From a virus, in IMG/VR virus record IMGVR_UViG_3300042894_002308, positions 1 through 64,000 of that record: DNA of 64,000 nucleotides, one strand, 5' to 3'. The stretch's first letter is position 1, and every line of letters begins with the position of its first letter. Shown here one piece after another: positions 1 through 7,680 of the stretch. The notes under the pieces were generated by a model, which was not told the DNA's origin, ran no database searches, and saw only the letters and a program-made list of their open reading frames with translations. Position numbers and translations under genes: made by a program.

Positions 1-124
1 CTTCACGCCAGAGGAAATGGCTGACACTACAGCCACAGATGAGGAGATTGAAGAGTCGATGATTACTGCCGGATTCATGACAATGGATTGCTTTAAGATC
101 AACAAAGAAGACGAAGACGAATAA
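1..124 (+). CDS. 3' end of an acidic hypothetical protein (partial, runs off window)
   Basis: Open frame ...FKINKEDEDE* ending TAA at 122-124, followed by AAGGA and the next ATG. Confidence 0.55.
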   Translation, partial: FTPEEMADTTATDEEIEESMITAGFMTMDCFKINKEDEDE

Positions 125-133
125 GGAAACACT

Positions 134-313
134 ATGAAAACTCACACAATTATTATTCTGCCAGATGGCGAAACTTGGAATACAATCGGCGACTGCACCA
201 TCATGGTCATAGACGATAAACAATTCAAAGAACTTTGCGAGGATCAAGTCAAAGCATGCGAGATGAAACCTGTTGCAGCACTTTCGTTCAATGATTTGGA
301 AATTAGTTCATAA
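134..313 (+). CDS. Small hypothetical protein (59 aa, MKTHTIIILPDGETW...)
   Basis: Translated by eye; SD-like AAGGA upstream; not in the ORF track. Confidence 0.65.
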   Translation: MKTHTIIILPDGETWNTIGDCTIMVIDDKQFKELCEDQVKACEMKPVAALSFNDLEISS

Positions 314-322
314 GGAGACACT

Positions 323-619
323 ATGGCAGACCGAGATCATTGTATGGAAGTAGTGAAGGCGTATGACAGAGTTACAATCGTAATGGATTGCATCATGGAG
401 CATTGGTTGGAAGGCAACTGCAATCCACCCAAGGAACTGATTGACCAGTACTTTGAAACTAAGGATGAAGCCTTTCAAGCATTGTATAATGACTTTGACC
501 ACATTAAAGAGAATCAACGCTTTGCTGAAGAAACTCGTGGTATGAACAGAGAGTTTTATAAAAAAATAGATCAACAATTTGGAGTGACTGAAACGCCCAT
601 GTTGTTTGAAGAAGATTAA
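323..619 (+). CDS. Hypothetical protein (98 aa)
   Basis: ORF with AAGGAG SD, co-oriented with neighbours. Confidence 0.7.
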   Translation: MADRDHCMEVVKAYDRVTIVMDCIMEHWLEGNCNPPKELIDQYFETKDEAFQALYNDFDHIKENQRFAEETRGMNREFYKKIDQQFGVTETPMLFEED

Positions 620-624
620 CTTAG

Positions 625-708
625 GGCGCGGTGGCGGAATTGGCATACGCAGCAGACTTAAAATCTGCCGACTGTAAAGTCTTGTGGGTTCAAGTCCCAC
701 CCGTGCTA
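625..708 (+). tRNA. tRNA-Leu(UAA)
   Basis: Acceptor GGCGCGG/CCGTGCT, anticodon arm GCAGA-CTTAAAA-TCTGC, long variable arm, T arm GTGGG-TTCAAGT-CCCAC. Confidence 0.95.
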
Positions 709-713
709 CATAT

Positions 714-787
714 ATTCCCGTAACTCAGTTGGATAGAGTAACAGATTTCTAATCTGTAGGTCGTTGGTTCAAATCCAACCGGGAATG
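714..787 (+). tRNA. tRNA-Arg(UCU)
   Basis: Acceptor ATTCCCG/CGGGAAT, anticodon arm ACAGA-TTTCTAA-TCTGT, T loop TTCAAAT. Confidence 0.95.
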
Positions 788-788
788 C

Positions 789-816
789 TTGACAACCAAT
801 AGAAAGGTGCTACAAT
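789..816 (+). promoter_or_regulatory. Sigma70-like promoter (TTGACA-N16-TACAAT, TG extension) driving a non-coding RNA cluster
   Basis: TTGACA 789-794, TACAAT 811-816. Confidence 0.75.
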
Positions 817-922
817 GCATAAGAATAATTTATATATTATGTTTTGGCGGTAGTTCCCAAAACCGCATAGCGGTAGCCTACGGTTGCACGGTTGGACACT
901 AGCCGTATGATTAGTGTCGTAC

Positions 923-998
923 AGAAGGGTGGCTGAAACGTAGTTAGAGCGCATGCCTTATAAGCGTGAAAATGTGGGTGCAACTCCCGCCCCTTCTA
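923..998 (+). tRNA. tRNA-Ile(UAU)
   Basis: Acceptor AGAAGGG/CCCTTCT, anticodon arm CATGC-CTTATAA-GCGTG, T arm GTGGG-TGCAACT-CCCGC (non-canonical T loop). Confidence 0.85.
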
Positions 999-1001
999 TT
1001 T

Positions 1002-1102
1002 GTTCCTGCCCGTGTTCAAGTCGTCTGGGTCATAGCATCTTAACCTTCTTTAAGGTTAAGATAACATGGGATATGACGTTCTTTTTTCACACGGGCAGGA
1101 AC
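1002..1102 (+). ncRNA. Candidate structured RNA (rod-like hairpin with internal loops)
   Basis: Perfect 14-bp outer stem GTTCCTGCCCGTGT/ACACGGGCAGGAAC, GTCATA/TATGAC, 11-bp inner stem ATCTTAACCTT/AAGGTTAAGAT; directly follows tRNA-Ile. Confidence 0.55.
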
Positions 1103-1113
1103 TTTTTATTAAG

Positions 1114-1260
1114 CTACTATCAGAGCCTGGCCTCCCAGGCTCTGATGTTTTTTTATATTATTATGATAGTAGTGGACGGTACCGGACTGTTATCGGACCT
1201 GGATAAAAAAATCTTGGAGGTGGGGTTGACTTTAGAAAGTTTGTGTGGTAAAATTGGGGC
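1114..1260 (+). promoter_or_regulatory. Repeated regulatory cassette copy 1: CTACTATCA / terminator hairpin / TGATAGTAG / strong promoter TTGACT-N17-TAAAAT, leaderless
   Basis: CTACTATCA 1114-1122, hairpin ATCAGAGCCTGG/CCAGGCTCTGAT plus T tract, TGATAGTAG 1164-1172, -35 1226-1231, -10 1249-1254, 6 nt then ATG. Confidence 0.8.
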
Positions 1261-2640
1261 ATGAACAGCAACATTGATAACCGTAAAAAGAACTTCCTCG
1301 CAGCCCTTGAGATTCTCAATGGTACACCCTCTACCTTGGCAGATGCCATCTACAGCAGGGAGCAGTGCATGGCAGCACTTGACCGTGCATGGCAGGATGC
1401 TCCCCATGATCCACGCTACAGCGTTCTTCCGGCTTGGCTTGTGCAGAACAAGAGCCGCCGTGCAGGTCGTGGCAAGTACCACATTCCGGAGATGGTTTCA
1501 TTCGACTTTGCCGATGACTTGGACATCCCTACTGAAAATATTCCTGAATCTTTTTCTGAAACCTTGACTTCCTCTGAAACTTGTGGTACAATTAGCAACA
1601 TGAACAGTAACACCTACAACCTCGCTATGCCGTCCTCCGATGTCTCGCTCGTCCCTACCAAGAACGACACTTTCGTTCCTTGGGGTCACTACGATGACAT
1701 TGCTACCATTCTCGCATCCAAGCAATTCGCTCCCGTCTACATCACGGGTATGTCCGGCAACGGTAAGACTACGATGGTGGAGCAGATCTGTGCGTCTGCT
1801 GCACGGGAGTGCATTCGCGTCAACATCACCGCCGAGACTGACGAGGATGACCTCATCGGTGGTTTCCGTCTTGTCAACGGTGAAACGAAGTTCGTGTTCG
1901 GTGGAGTGGTTCAGGCTATGCAGCGCGGTTCCATTCTGCTCCTTGACGAGATCGACCTTGGTACGGAGCGCATGATGTGCTTGCAGCCTGTGTTGGAAGG
2001 CAAGGGTATCTACATCAAGAAGATCGGTATGTTCATCAAGCCCGCAGTTGGTTTCAATGTGGTTGCGACTGCCAACACCAAGGGCAAGGGTGAGTCTGAT
2101 CGGTTTGTCGGTACTCGCTGCATGAACGAGGCTTTCCTTGATCGCTTCTCGTATTGGTTTGAGCAGGACTACGCAGATCGCACTATCGAAGCGCGTATCA
2201 TCATTCGTAAGATGAAGGCGTTCGGCAAGGAGGACAAGGAGTTCGCTCAGTACCTCACGAAGTGGGCAGAGACAATTCGCATGGGCTTCAAGGAAGGCGG
2301 CTTGGATGACATCATCACGACTCGCCGTCTTGAGGAAGTCTGCAAGGCATTCGCCATCTTCGGTGACAAGGAGAAGGCAATCAAGTTGACGCTGACTCGT
2401 TTCGATACATCAACCAAGGAGGCGTTCTACAACCTGTACACGAAGATCGACCCAACGATTCTTCCTGTGCCGGAGGGAATGCCGGAGGCTCCGGTGAAGG
2501 CACCTAGCGCGGAGCAGCAGAAGATCGCAGAATTGAAAGCACAGTTGGAGAAGTTGTCCAATGCTTACCCTCACATGGCAGAAGTCATCCCGTCCATTCC
2601 GTCCGACGATACCAATACCCAGTACGCAGTTAACGCCTAA
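1261..2640 (+). CDS. MoxR/CobS-like AAA+ ATPase (T4-like phage 'CobS') with N-terminal small domain
   Basis: Walker A GMSGNGKT, Walker B LLLDEID, ATANTKGKG, NEAFLDRF, TTRRL. Confidence 0.9.
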   Translation: MNSNIDNRKKNFLAALEILNGTPSTLADAIYSREQCMAALDRAWQDAPHDPRYSVLPAWLVQNKSRRAGRGKYHIPEMVSFDFADDLDIPTENIPESFSETLTSSETCGTISNMNSNTYNLAMPSSDVSLVPTKNDTFVPWGHYDDIATILASKQFAPVYITGMSGNGKTTMVEQICASAARECIRVNITAETDEDDLIGGFRLVNGETKFVFGGVVQAMQRGSILLLDEIDLGTERMMCLQPVLEGKGIYIKKIGMFIKPAVGFNVVATANTKGKGESDRFVGTRCMNEAFLDRFSYWFEQDYADRTIEARIIIRKMKAFGKEDKEFAQYLTKWAETIRMGFKEGGLDDIITTRRLEEVCKAFAIFGDKEKAIKLTLTRFDTSTKEAFYNLYTKIDPTILPVPEGMPEAPVKAPSAEQQKIAELKAQLEKLSNAYPHMAEVIPSIPSDDTNTQYAVNA

Positions 2641-2658
2641 CAAAGAAAGAAAAAGAAA

Positions 2659-2883
2659 ATGCCATATCTCAACAAGCGCAATCGTTTCATTTCCGCCGCC
2701 AAGCAGTTTGCGGATACCGTTCACAACGGTAACACCAACAACTTCAGCAAGACGGATCTTCTTGCAGTCGCACATTCCATCAACATGAAAGGCATTCCCA
2801 CTTGGGTGTTGAAGGATTGCCAGACTAGCACGAAGGGTGTTTACGATCTCACTCCCCTGATCGTTCCCACCGTTACCGTCTGA
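2659..2883 (+). CDS. Small protein resembling the N-terminal domain of the upstream ATPase
   Basis: RNRFISAAK..FSKTDL..IPTWVLKD..KGVYDL aligns by eye with RKKNFLAALE..YSREQC..LPAWLVQN..RGKYHI. Confidence 0.75.
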   Translation: MPYLNKRNRFISAAKQFADTVHNGNTNNFSKTDLLAVAHSINMKGIPTWVLKDCQTSTKGVYDLTPLIVPTVTV

Positions 2884-2894
2884 TGCTGTTCAAG

Positions 2895-2920
2895 CCCCAC
2901 TCCCCGCAAGGGGAGTGGGG
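2895..2920 (+). terminator. GC-rich hairpin with GCAA tetraloop
   Basis: CCCCACTCCCC-GCAA-GGGGAGTGGGG; no clean U tract. Confidence 0.55.
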
Positions 2921-2933
2921 TAGCATTATGTAG

Positions 2934-3063
2934 CTACTATCAGAAAGGCCCCTGGCCTTTCTGTGTTTTTGTATGTCCCTGATAGTAGCCGGACGTTATG
3001 GGACGCAAAAATAAACTTTGCGTGAGGCTTGACTTCTTGCCAAAGGTGTGGTAAAATTGGGGC
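2934..3063 (+). promoter_or_regulatory. Repeated regulatory cassette copy 2 with leaderless promoter
   Basis: CTACTATCA 2934-2942, hairpin CAGAAAGGCC/GGCCTTTCTG, TGATAGTAG 2980-2988, TTGACT 3029-3034, TAAAAT 3052-3057, GTGTGGTAAAATTGGGGCATGAA identical to copy 1. Confidence 0.8.
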
Positions 3064-5229
3064 ATGAATACATCTCTCTCCATCTTCGCTAAGGCACTCG
3101 CGTCCGAAAACCTCTCCTTCTCCTTTTCCAAGGATGCCAATACTGCATCGTTCGATGTTAAGTCTCGGCACCTCGTTATGCCCATGTGGGATGTGACCGA
3201 TACGGTCAAGACCATGTTGATCGCCCATGAGATCAGCCATGCTCTGTGGACTCCCTACGAACGCAGCGAAGAGTTGCTTAAGGCTGCGGAGGTGGACGGC
3301 TACAACCTCCCGCTCCTTCAGCGTATCGCCAATGTGATCGAAGATGTTCGCATTGAGAAGTTGATGAAGCAGAAGTTCCCCGGCACTCGCCGCGACTTCT
3401 TCCTTGGCTACAAGGAGATCGCAGAACTCGACCTGTTTGGATTCAAGCAGATGGATCTGCCGAAGGCAGGGTTCCTCAACCGCCTCAACATTCACTTCAA
3501 GTTCGGTATTCCCGGCTTCATCCCCATGACCTTTGAGGGTAACGAGCAGGAAGTCGTGGACATGGTGGACGGTGTTGTCAATTTCGATCAGGTCTTTGAG
3601 GTTGCCAAGTTCCTGTACGAACATCCTTCCATGAAGGAGATCCGCGAGAAGATGGAAGCCGCTGCTGCTCAAGGAGACAAGCAGGGTGAGAAGGATCAGA
3701 AGCAAATCTTGGCAGACAAGACTGAGGTTCCCGGTGACTTCGTGAGTAAGAAGGGCAATCACTTTCAGGATGGTGTTGTGACCATCACGGGCGTGAAGGA
3801 TCTGTCAGACTACATCATCAGCACCGATACGATTCTCACCGATTTCAACGGCAATGAAGGCTGCAACACGCTGAACATTGAAGAGTATCGCAAGTTTGTT
3901 CGTGAGTCCGATGCGTTCGTTCGTCAGATGGTTGCACAGTTTGAGCGCAAGAAGGCTGCGGACGATATTCGCCGTGAGCGTCCCAAGCAGACCGGAATGC
4001 TGAACCTTGATCGTCTTCATCAGTACAAGACGCATGACGATATCTTCCTGTCGAAGATCGTCAAGCAGGACGGCAAGAACCACGGGATCGTGTTCATGCT
4101 CGACTTCAGCGGTAGCATGGGTCAGACCATTGGTCATGCCTACCTTCAGGTGCTTCAGTTGGTTTGGTTCTGCGAGAAGGCAAACATTCCGTTTGAAGTG
4201 TTCGGCTTCACCGATGTCTACTGCCTGAAGATTCCCGGCTACGAAGAAGCGTACCGTGAATGGCAGAAGACCAATCCTACGGGATTCAGCCATGACTTCG
4301 ATCATGTTTGGAACGCGGGTAAACTCAGACGCGAATGCCCAACGGCATTGGAAATGGGTTCTGCTCGACTGATGAACATTGCTTCATCCAAGGATGACGC
4401 AGCAACCCGTGAGCGTCTGTGCGCTTTCATCTACGAAGCGTATGTCACGCAGACTCGTCCTGCTTCTCGTCTGATTTCCTTGAACGGTACGCCTACGGTG
4501 GAGTGCGTTGCGCTTGCTTCGCAGTTCATGGTGAATTGGGTGAAGGAGAACAACATTCAGATTCCTACGATCATGGTTGTGACTGACGGCTGCTGCAATG
4601 GCGTGAATACGCTTGAAGCAAACAACCTGTATCACTTCTGTTCGCAGGACAGTACCGCGACTGTAACGAATGAGATTCTCGATACCATTATTGTGCTTCC
4701 GAAAAAGTACACGAAGAGTGGACTGCCTAACGCGGTGATCGCTTCAATGCTTGATTCGCTTCGCATCAAGTTGAATGCTCGTTGCATCGGTATGTATGTG
4801 ATGGCGGGTCGTACCCTTGGCATTCGTGCCTATGAGCAGTTCTGCATGAGTCAGGATGAGAATGAGAAGTTGCGTGAGGCAGGATCGTATCAGGAGTCCC
4901 CATTGGAGACTTCGGATCGCTTCAAGGCTGCATCAGAAGCGTTCAAGGAAGGTTGCTTGATTCTGCACGAAGATACTTTCCCCGGTTACGATTCGTACTT
5001 TCTCATTCAGACTACGAAGCCCGTGAAGGATGAAGAGGCTGTTTCGACCACGGGTAACTTCACCAAGGTCAAGAATGCCTTCATCAAGACGATGGGCAAG
5101 CGCGCAGGTAGTCGCGTGTTCCTCTCCCGGTATGTTGACATTGTGGCGGGTGCGCCGATTCGCAAGATGGATTCGGGAGTCTACGGACTCCCTGCCTTCC
5201 CGGAAGGATTCAAGTTTCGGCAGAGATAA
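3064..5229 (+). CDS. vWA (CobT-like) protein with N-terminal HExxH zincin-like domain; partner of the AAA+ ATPase
   Basis: AHEISHAL, NVIEDVRIEK, MIDAS elements LDFSGSM, NGTP, VVTDG. Confidence 0.85.
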   Translation: MNTSLSIFAKALASENLSFSFSKDANTASFDVKSRHLVMPMWDVTDTVKTMLIAHEISHALWTPYERSEELLKAAEVDGYNLPLLQRIANVIEDVRIEKLMKQKFPGTRRDFFLGYKEIAELDLFGFKQMDLPKAGFLNRLNIHFKFGIPGFIPMTFEGNEQEVVDMVDGVVNFDQVFEVAKFLYEHPSMKEIREKMEAAAAQGDKQGEKDQKQILADKTEVPGDFVSKKGNHFQDGVVTITGVKDLSDYIISTDTILTDFNGNEGCNTLNIEEYRKFVRESDAFVRQMVAQFERKKAADDIRRERPKQTGMLNLDRLHQYKTHDDIFLSKIVKQDGKNHGIVFMLDFSGSMGQTIGHAYLQVLQLVWFCEKANIPFEVFGFTDVYCLKIPGYEEAYREWQKTNPTGFSHDFDHVWNAGKLRRECPTALEMGSARLMNIASSKDDAATRERLCAFIYEAYVTQTRPASRLISLNGTPTVECVALASQFMVNWVKENNIQIPTIMVVTDGCCNGVNTLEANNLYHFCSQDSTATVTNEILDTIIVLPKKYTKSGLPNAVIASMLDSLRIKLNARCIGMYVMAGRTLGIRAYEQFCMSQDENEKLREAGSYQESPLETSDRFKAASEAFKEGCLILHEDTFPGYDSYFLIQTTKPVKDEEAVSTTGNFTKVKNAFIKTMGKRAGSRVFLSRYVDIVAGAPIRKMDSGVYGLPAFPEGFKFRQR

Positions 5230-5319
5230 GATTTACTGAGTTGGTGTTTGATTCATTCATACATAGTCACCCAGTACTGGAAGGAGAGAGCCAGTCCTGG
5301 GTGGCTGTGTACCTGGAGA

Positions 5320-5960
5320 CTACTATCAGAAACCTCCGAGGTTTCTGATATTATTTTATTCCCCCCTGATAGTAGCTCGGACAGGACGGACGGGATACAC
5401 CTGGCCCACAAATAATAATTAATTTCTTTATGGTCTCAGTGTTCACCTGGCACCTGGCAGCTGGGACCAGCTCTCACGTTATCGGACTTGTGGATTAGTT
5501 GCTTGACTTCCCCTATATCTGGTGTATATTATAGGACTGTTCATGCGACCGATAAACTCCCAGTCCCTGTGTCCGATAATCATTATAGGTCGGGCTGGGA
5601 GTTATCGGGCGTGGGTTGTTATCTGGGCTATACTTATCGGACTCCTGGTTATCGGTCTGCCAGGTGACGAGGTTATTCGCTACCTCAGAGGTTATAATAA
5701 TAATTTAATATTATCGGACGGGATTCAGGCGGACAGGATTCGCATCGATACATGCAGCTACTATCAAAAGGGCACCTGGAGGCCCCAGATTAATAATATT
5801 AATACTCTGGACGGGATTCAATACCCTTAGAGAGCTCCAGGTATGTGGCCTGGACAGGATACAGCTAATCTGGACAGGATTGTTCAAAAAATTATAATAA
5901 TTTACTCAAATTGTTCATAAAGGACCCTGAATTGTCCAACCTGGATGGACGGTACGCAGA
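5320..5960. repeat. Non-coding repeat-rich region: cassette copy 3, a half site, TTATCGG and GGAC(A/G)GGA(T/C) arrays; candidate replication origin
   Basis: CTACTATCA 5320/TGATAGTAG 5367, half site 5758; TTATCGG/CCGATAA at 5479, 5549, 5573, 5602, 5634, 5649, 5711; GGACRGGAY at 5379, 5388, 5716, 5731, 5809, 5852, 5872. Confidence 0.7.
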
Positions 5961-6192
5961 AACTGTAAGAAATTGTAAATTTTTAATAAAATTTCAAGTA
6001 TTTGCTTGACTCCTAGGACTGGATATAGGCGATTGGTGCCTTAAAGGGTCTCTGGAGTTCTTTTTGACCCTCGGATGGCTCTGAGAGGCGTATAGAACGC
6101 TTAAAGAGGCTTTGAGGAGTGGTCACTAAACTCCATACTCTCAAAATTTCTTTAAAATTCATTACCCCACACCACCCCATACCAACCCATTC

Positions 6193-6504
6193 TTACCCAC
6201 CCATTTTCCAAGTCTTATCTTTAGAGTCATATTCGTACATACCACCCCTAAAACGTCTGTTAAAGTCCGGTGGTAACTTTGGTAATGGAGGAAGTGTCTT
6301 GTGAGGTGGAAACATAGGTGGAGGTGGTGCTGCTGGTGGTGGAGGCGGTGGTGGAGTAGGCGATGGAGTAGGTAAAGGATTATTTGGTGGATATCCTGGT
6401 CCTACTGGCACTAATACTCCATTGTTGGGAACTTTCCCTGATGGAGCAGATCCTGTTGCACCCGGTGTATTTACTTCATACAAAAATGTTTTAAATTTCT
6501 TCAT
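6193..6504 (-). CDS. Pro-rich putative internal head protein with capsid-targeting leader
   Basis: N-terminus MKKFKTFLYE; poly-Pro tract. Confidence 0.75.
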   Translation of the reverse strand: MKKFKTFLYEVNTPGATGSAPSGKVPNNGVLVPVGPGYPPNNPLPTPSPTPPPPPPPAAPPPPMFPPHKTLPPLPKLPPDFNRRFRGGMYEYDSKDKTWKMGG

Positions 6505-6674
6505 TGTTTTACCTTTTTAACTTTTAACTTCTTTAGTTTATCTGCTTGTGGTGTATACACTTCTGTATCTGTCTCTGAATTGGTAATATCCTTTTGTTGA
6601 GATATATTACTAAATGGTGGTACTACATCAAGATACACATCATAATTTTCTAAAAATTCTTTAAATTTTCTCAT
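6501..6674 (-). CDS. 57-aa putative internal head protein (MRKFKEFLENYDVYLDVVPPF...)
   Basis: Translated by eye; ATGA overlaps with both neighbours; same leader motif; absent from the ORF track. Confidence 0.75.
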   Translation of the reverse strand: MRKFKEFLENYDVYLDVVPPFSNISQQKDITNSETDTEVYTPQADKLKKLKVKKVKQ

Positions 6675-7216
6675 TCTCTTACTCCATGTATCATTCCATG
6701 CTGTATTGTTGCATTCGGAAATACCTTCTTTACATCATCTAGGTATGCTTGTGTTGGGGAATTGTTCTGCCATGAATCTTTCTTTGTTTTTCTTCCTTTG
6801 CCTGACTTATCCCCTTCGTATATGCCAATAAAGATTCTACCACCGGGTTTGAGTGTTGAGTGTGCTGTCCTTAAGGCTTCTTGTCTGTACTCCGGTTCCT
6901 TAATAACATTCAGAACATTGAAGAGTGATGCGGTATCTGCTCCCTGTTTGCCTACAGTCTCCATGACTCTCTTATTGTGATCTTCGGGTCGGTTGAACGG
7001 GTCATAGACATGAGCATTCACCCCCAAATTTTTAAGAAATTCTACACCATTATCAAACTTACCCCCACCGATATCAATATGCGTAGTTCCCTTCTTCCAA
7101 CCAATCTTTCTATGCACAGTTGAGTATCCTGTTGGAAGTTTGTTTTTGTTGATGCTGGTTCCGGCTGATGAGAACTCCTGTGCATCTTCTCTTAAAAATT
7201 CTTTAAATTTTTTCAT
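6671..7216 (-). CDS. SAM-dependent methyltransferase with capsid-targeting leader
   Basis: MKKFKEFLRE leader; motif I HIDIGGG, VYDPFN, FNVLNVI, LKPGGRIFI. Confidence 0.8.
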   Translation of the reverse strand: MKKFKEFLREDAQEFSSAGTSINKNKLPTGYSTVHRKIGWKKGTTHIDIGGGKFDNGVEFLKNLGVNAHVYDPFNRPEDHNKRVMETVGKQGADTASLFNVLNVIKEPEYRQEALRTAHSTLKPGGRIFIGIYEGDKSGKGRKTKKDSWQNNSPTQAYLDDVKKVFPNATIQHGMIHGVRE

Positions 7217-7680
7217 TTGTTTTCTTTATCCGAATATCCAAACCTAGATCCTGTTGTTGGTGAAGCCACATAATTATCGTCAAACGGGCTTGGTGTTGGT
7301 GTTGGTGTTGGTTTATTTGGTTTTGGTTTTTGTATAGGTGTAATACCACCAAACACCTGTCCCATTGCATTTAAAGTTCCTCTTGCGGTTATTGCTGCCA
7401 TATCCAAAACAGACATTTCTTCTTTATCTTCATATTCTGTTTGAATTCCTTGAGGTTTATTCATATGTAATTCATTATCAAAAAATTCAGGTGAACCAGA
7501 AGGATTCATAGCCGTTGTTCGCAAGTTTTGTTGATTTCTAATCAGTTCTTGTGCTTCTCGGTTTTTTCTTTCACGTGGGGTTTCATTTTGGTTTGGATTC
7601 ATCGCTGCATTTTCGATTTCTTGTTTATCAAAATCAGTAAGCGAATCATTTTCTCTTAAAAATTCTTTAAAACTTTTCAT
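7213..7680 (-). CDS. Putative internal head protein
   Basis: MKSFKEFLRE leader; low-complexity cargo. Confidence 0.75.
   Translation of the reverse strand: MKSFKEFLRENDSLTDFDKQEIENAAMNPNQNETPRERKNREAQELIRNQQNLRTTAMNPSGSPEFFDNELHMNKPQGIQTEYEDKEEMSVLDMAAITARGTLNAMGQVFGGITPIQKPKPNKPTPTPTPSPFDDNYVASPTTGSRFGYSDKENK

Noticed and set aside
2926-4823. Long antisense ORFs over the vWA gene
   Set aside because: Expected from GC3-biased codon usage on the coding strand; no promoter, SD or motifs.
1261-5229. Cobalamin biosynthesis (cobS/cobT) supporting the B12-dependent NrdJ
   Set aside because: No CobN or other cob genes in the window, and the vWA partner has a peptidase-like domain; a generic MoxR/vWA chaperone pair fits better.
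5522-5830. 102-aa ORF in the repeat region
   Set aside because: The translation mostly reflects the TTATCGG repeats, and its GTG start overlaps the -10 box; probably spurious.
5320-5960. CRISPR array or mini-array
   Set aside because: Repeats are only 7-9 bp, irregularly spaced and partly inverted; no constant repeat-spacer period and no cas genes.
6165-6190. G-quadruplex-like run on the minus strand (GGG-GG-GGGG-GG-GGGG)
   Set aside because: Only a two-tier quadruplex is possible and it is a single instance; too weak to support.
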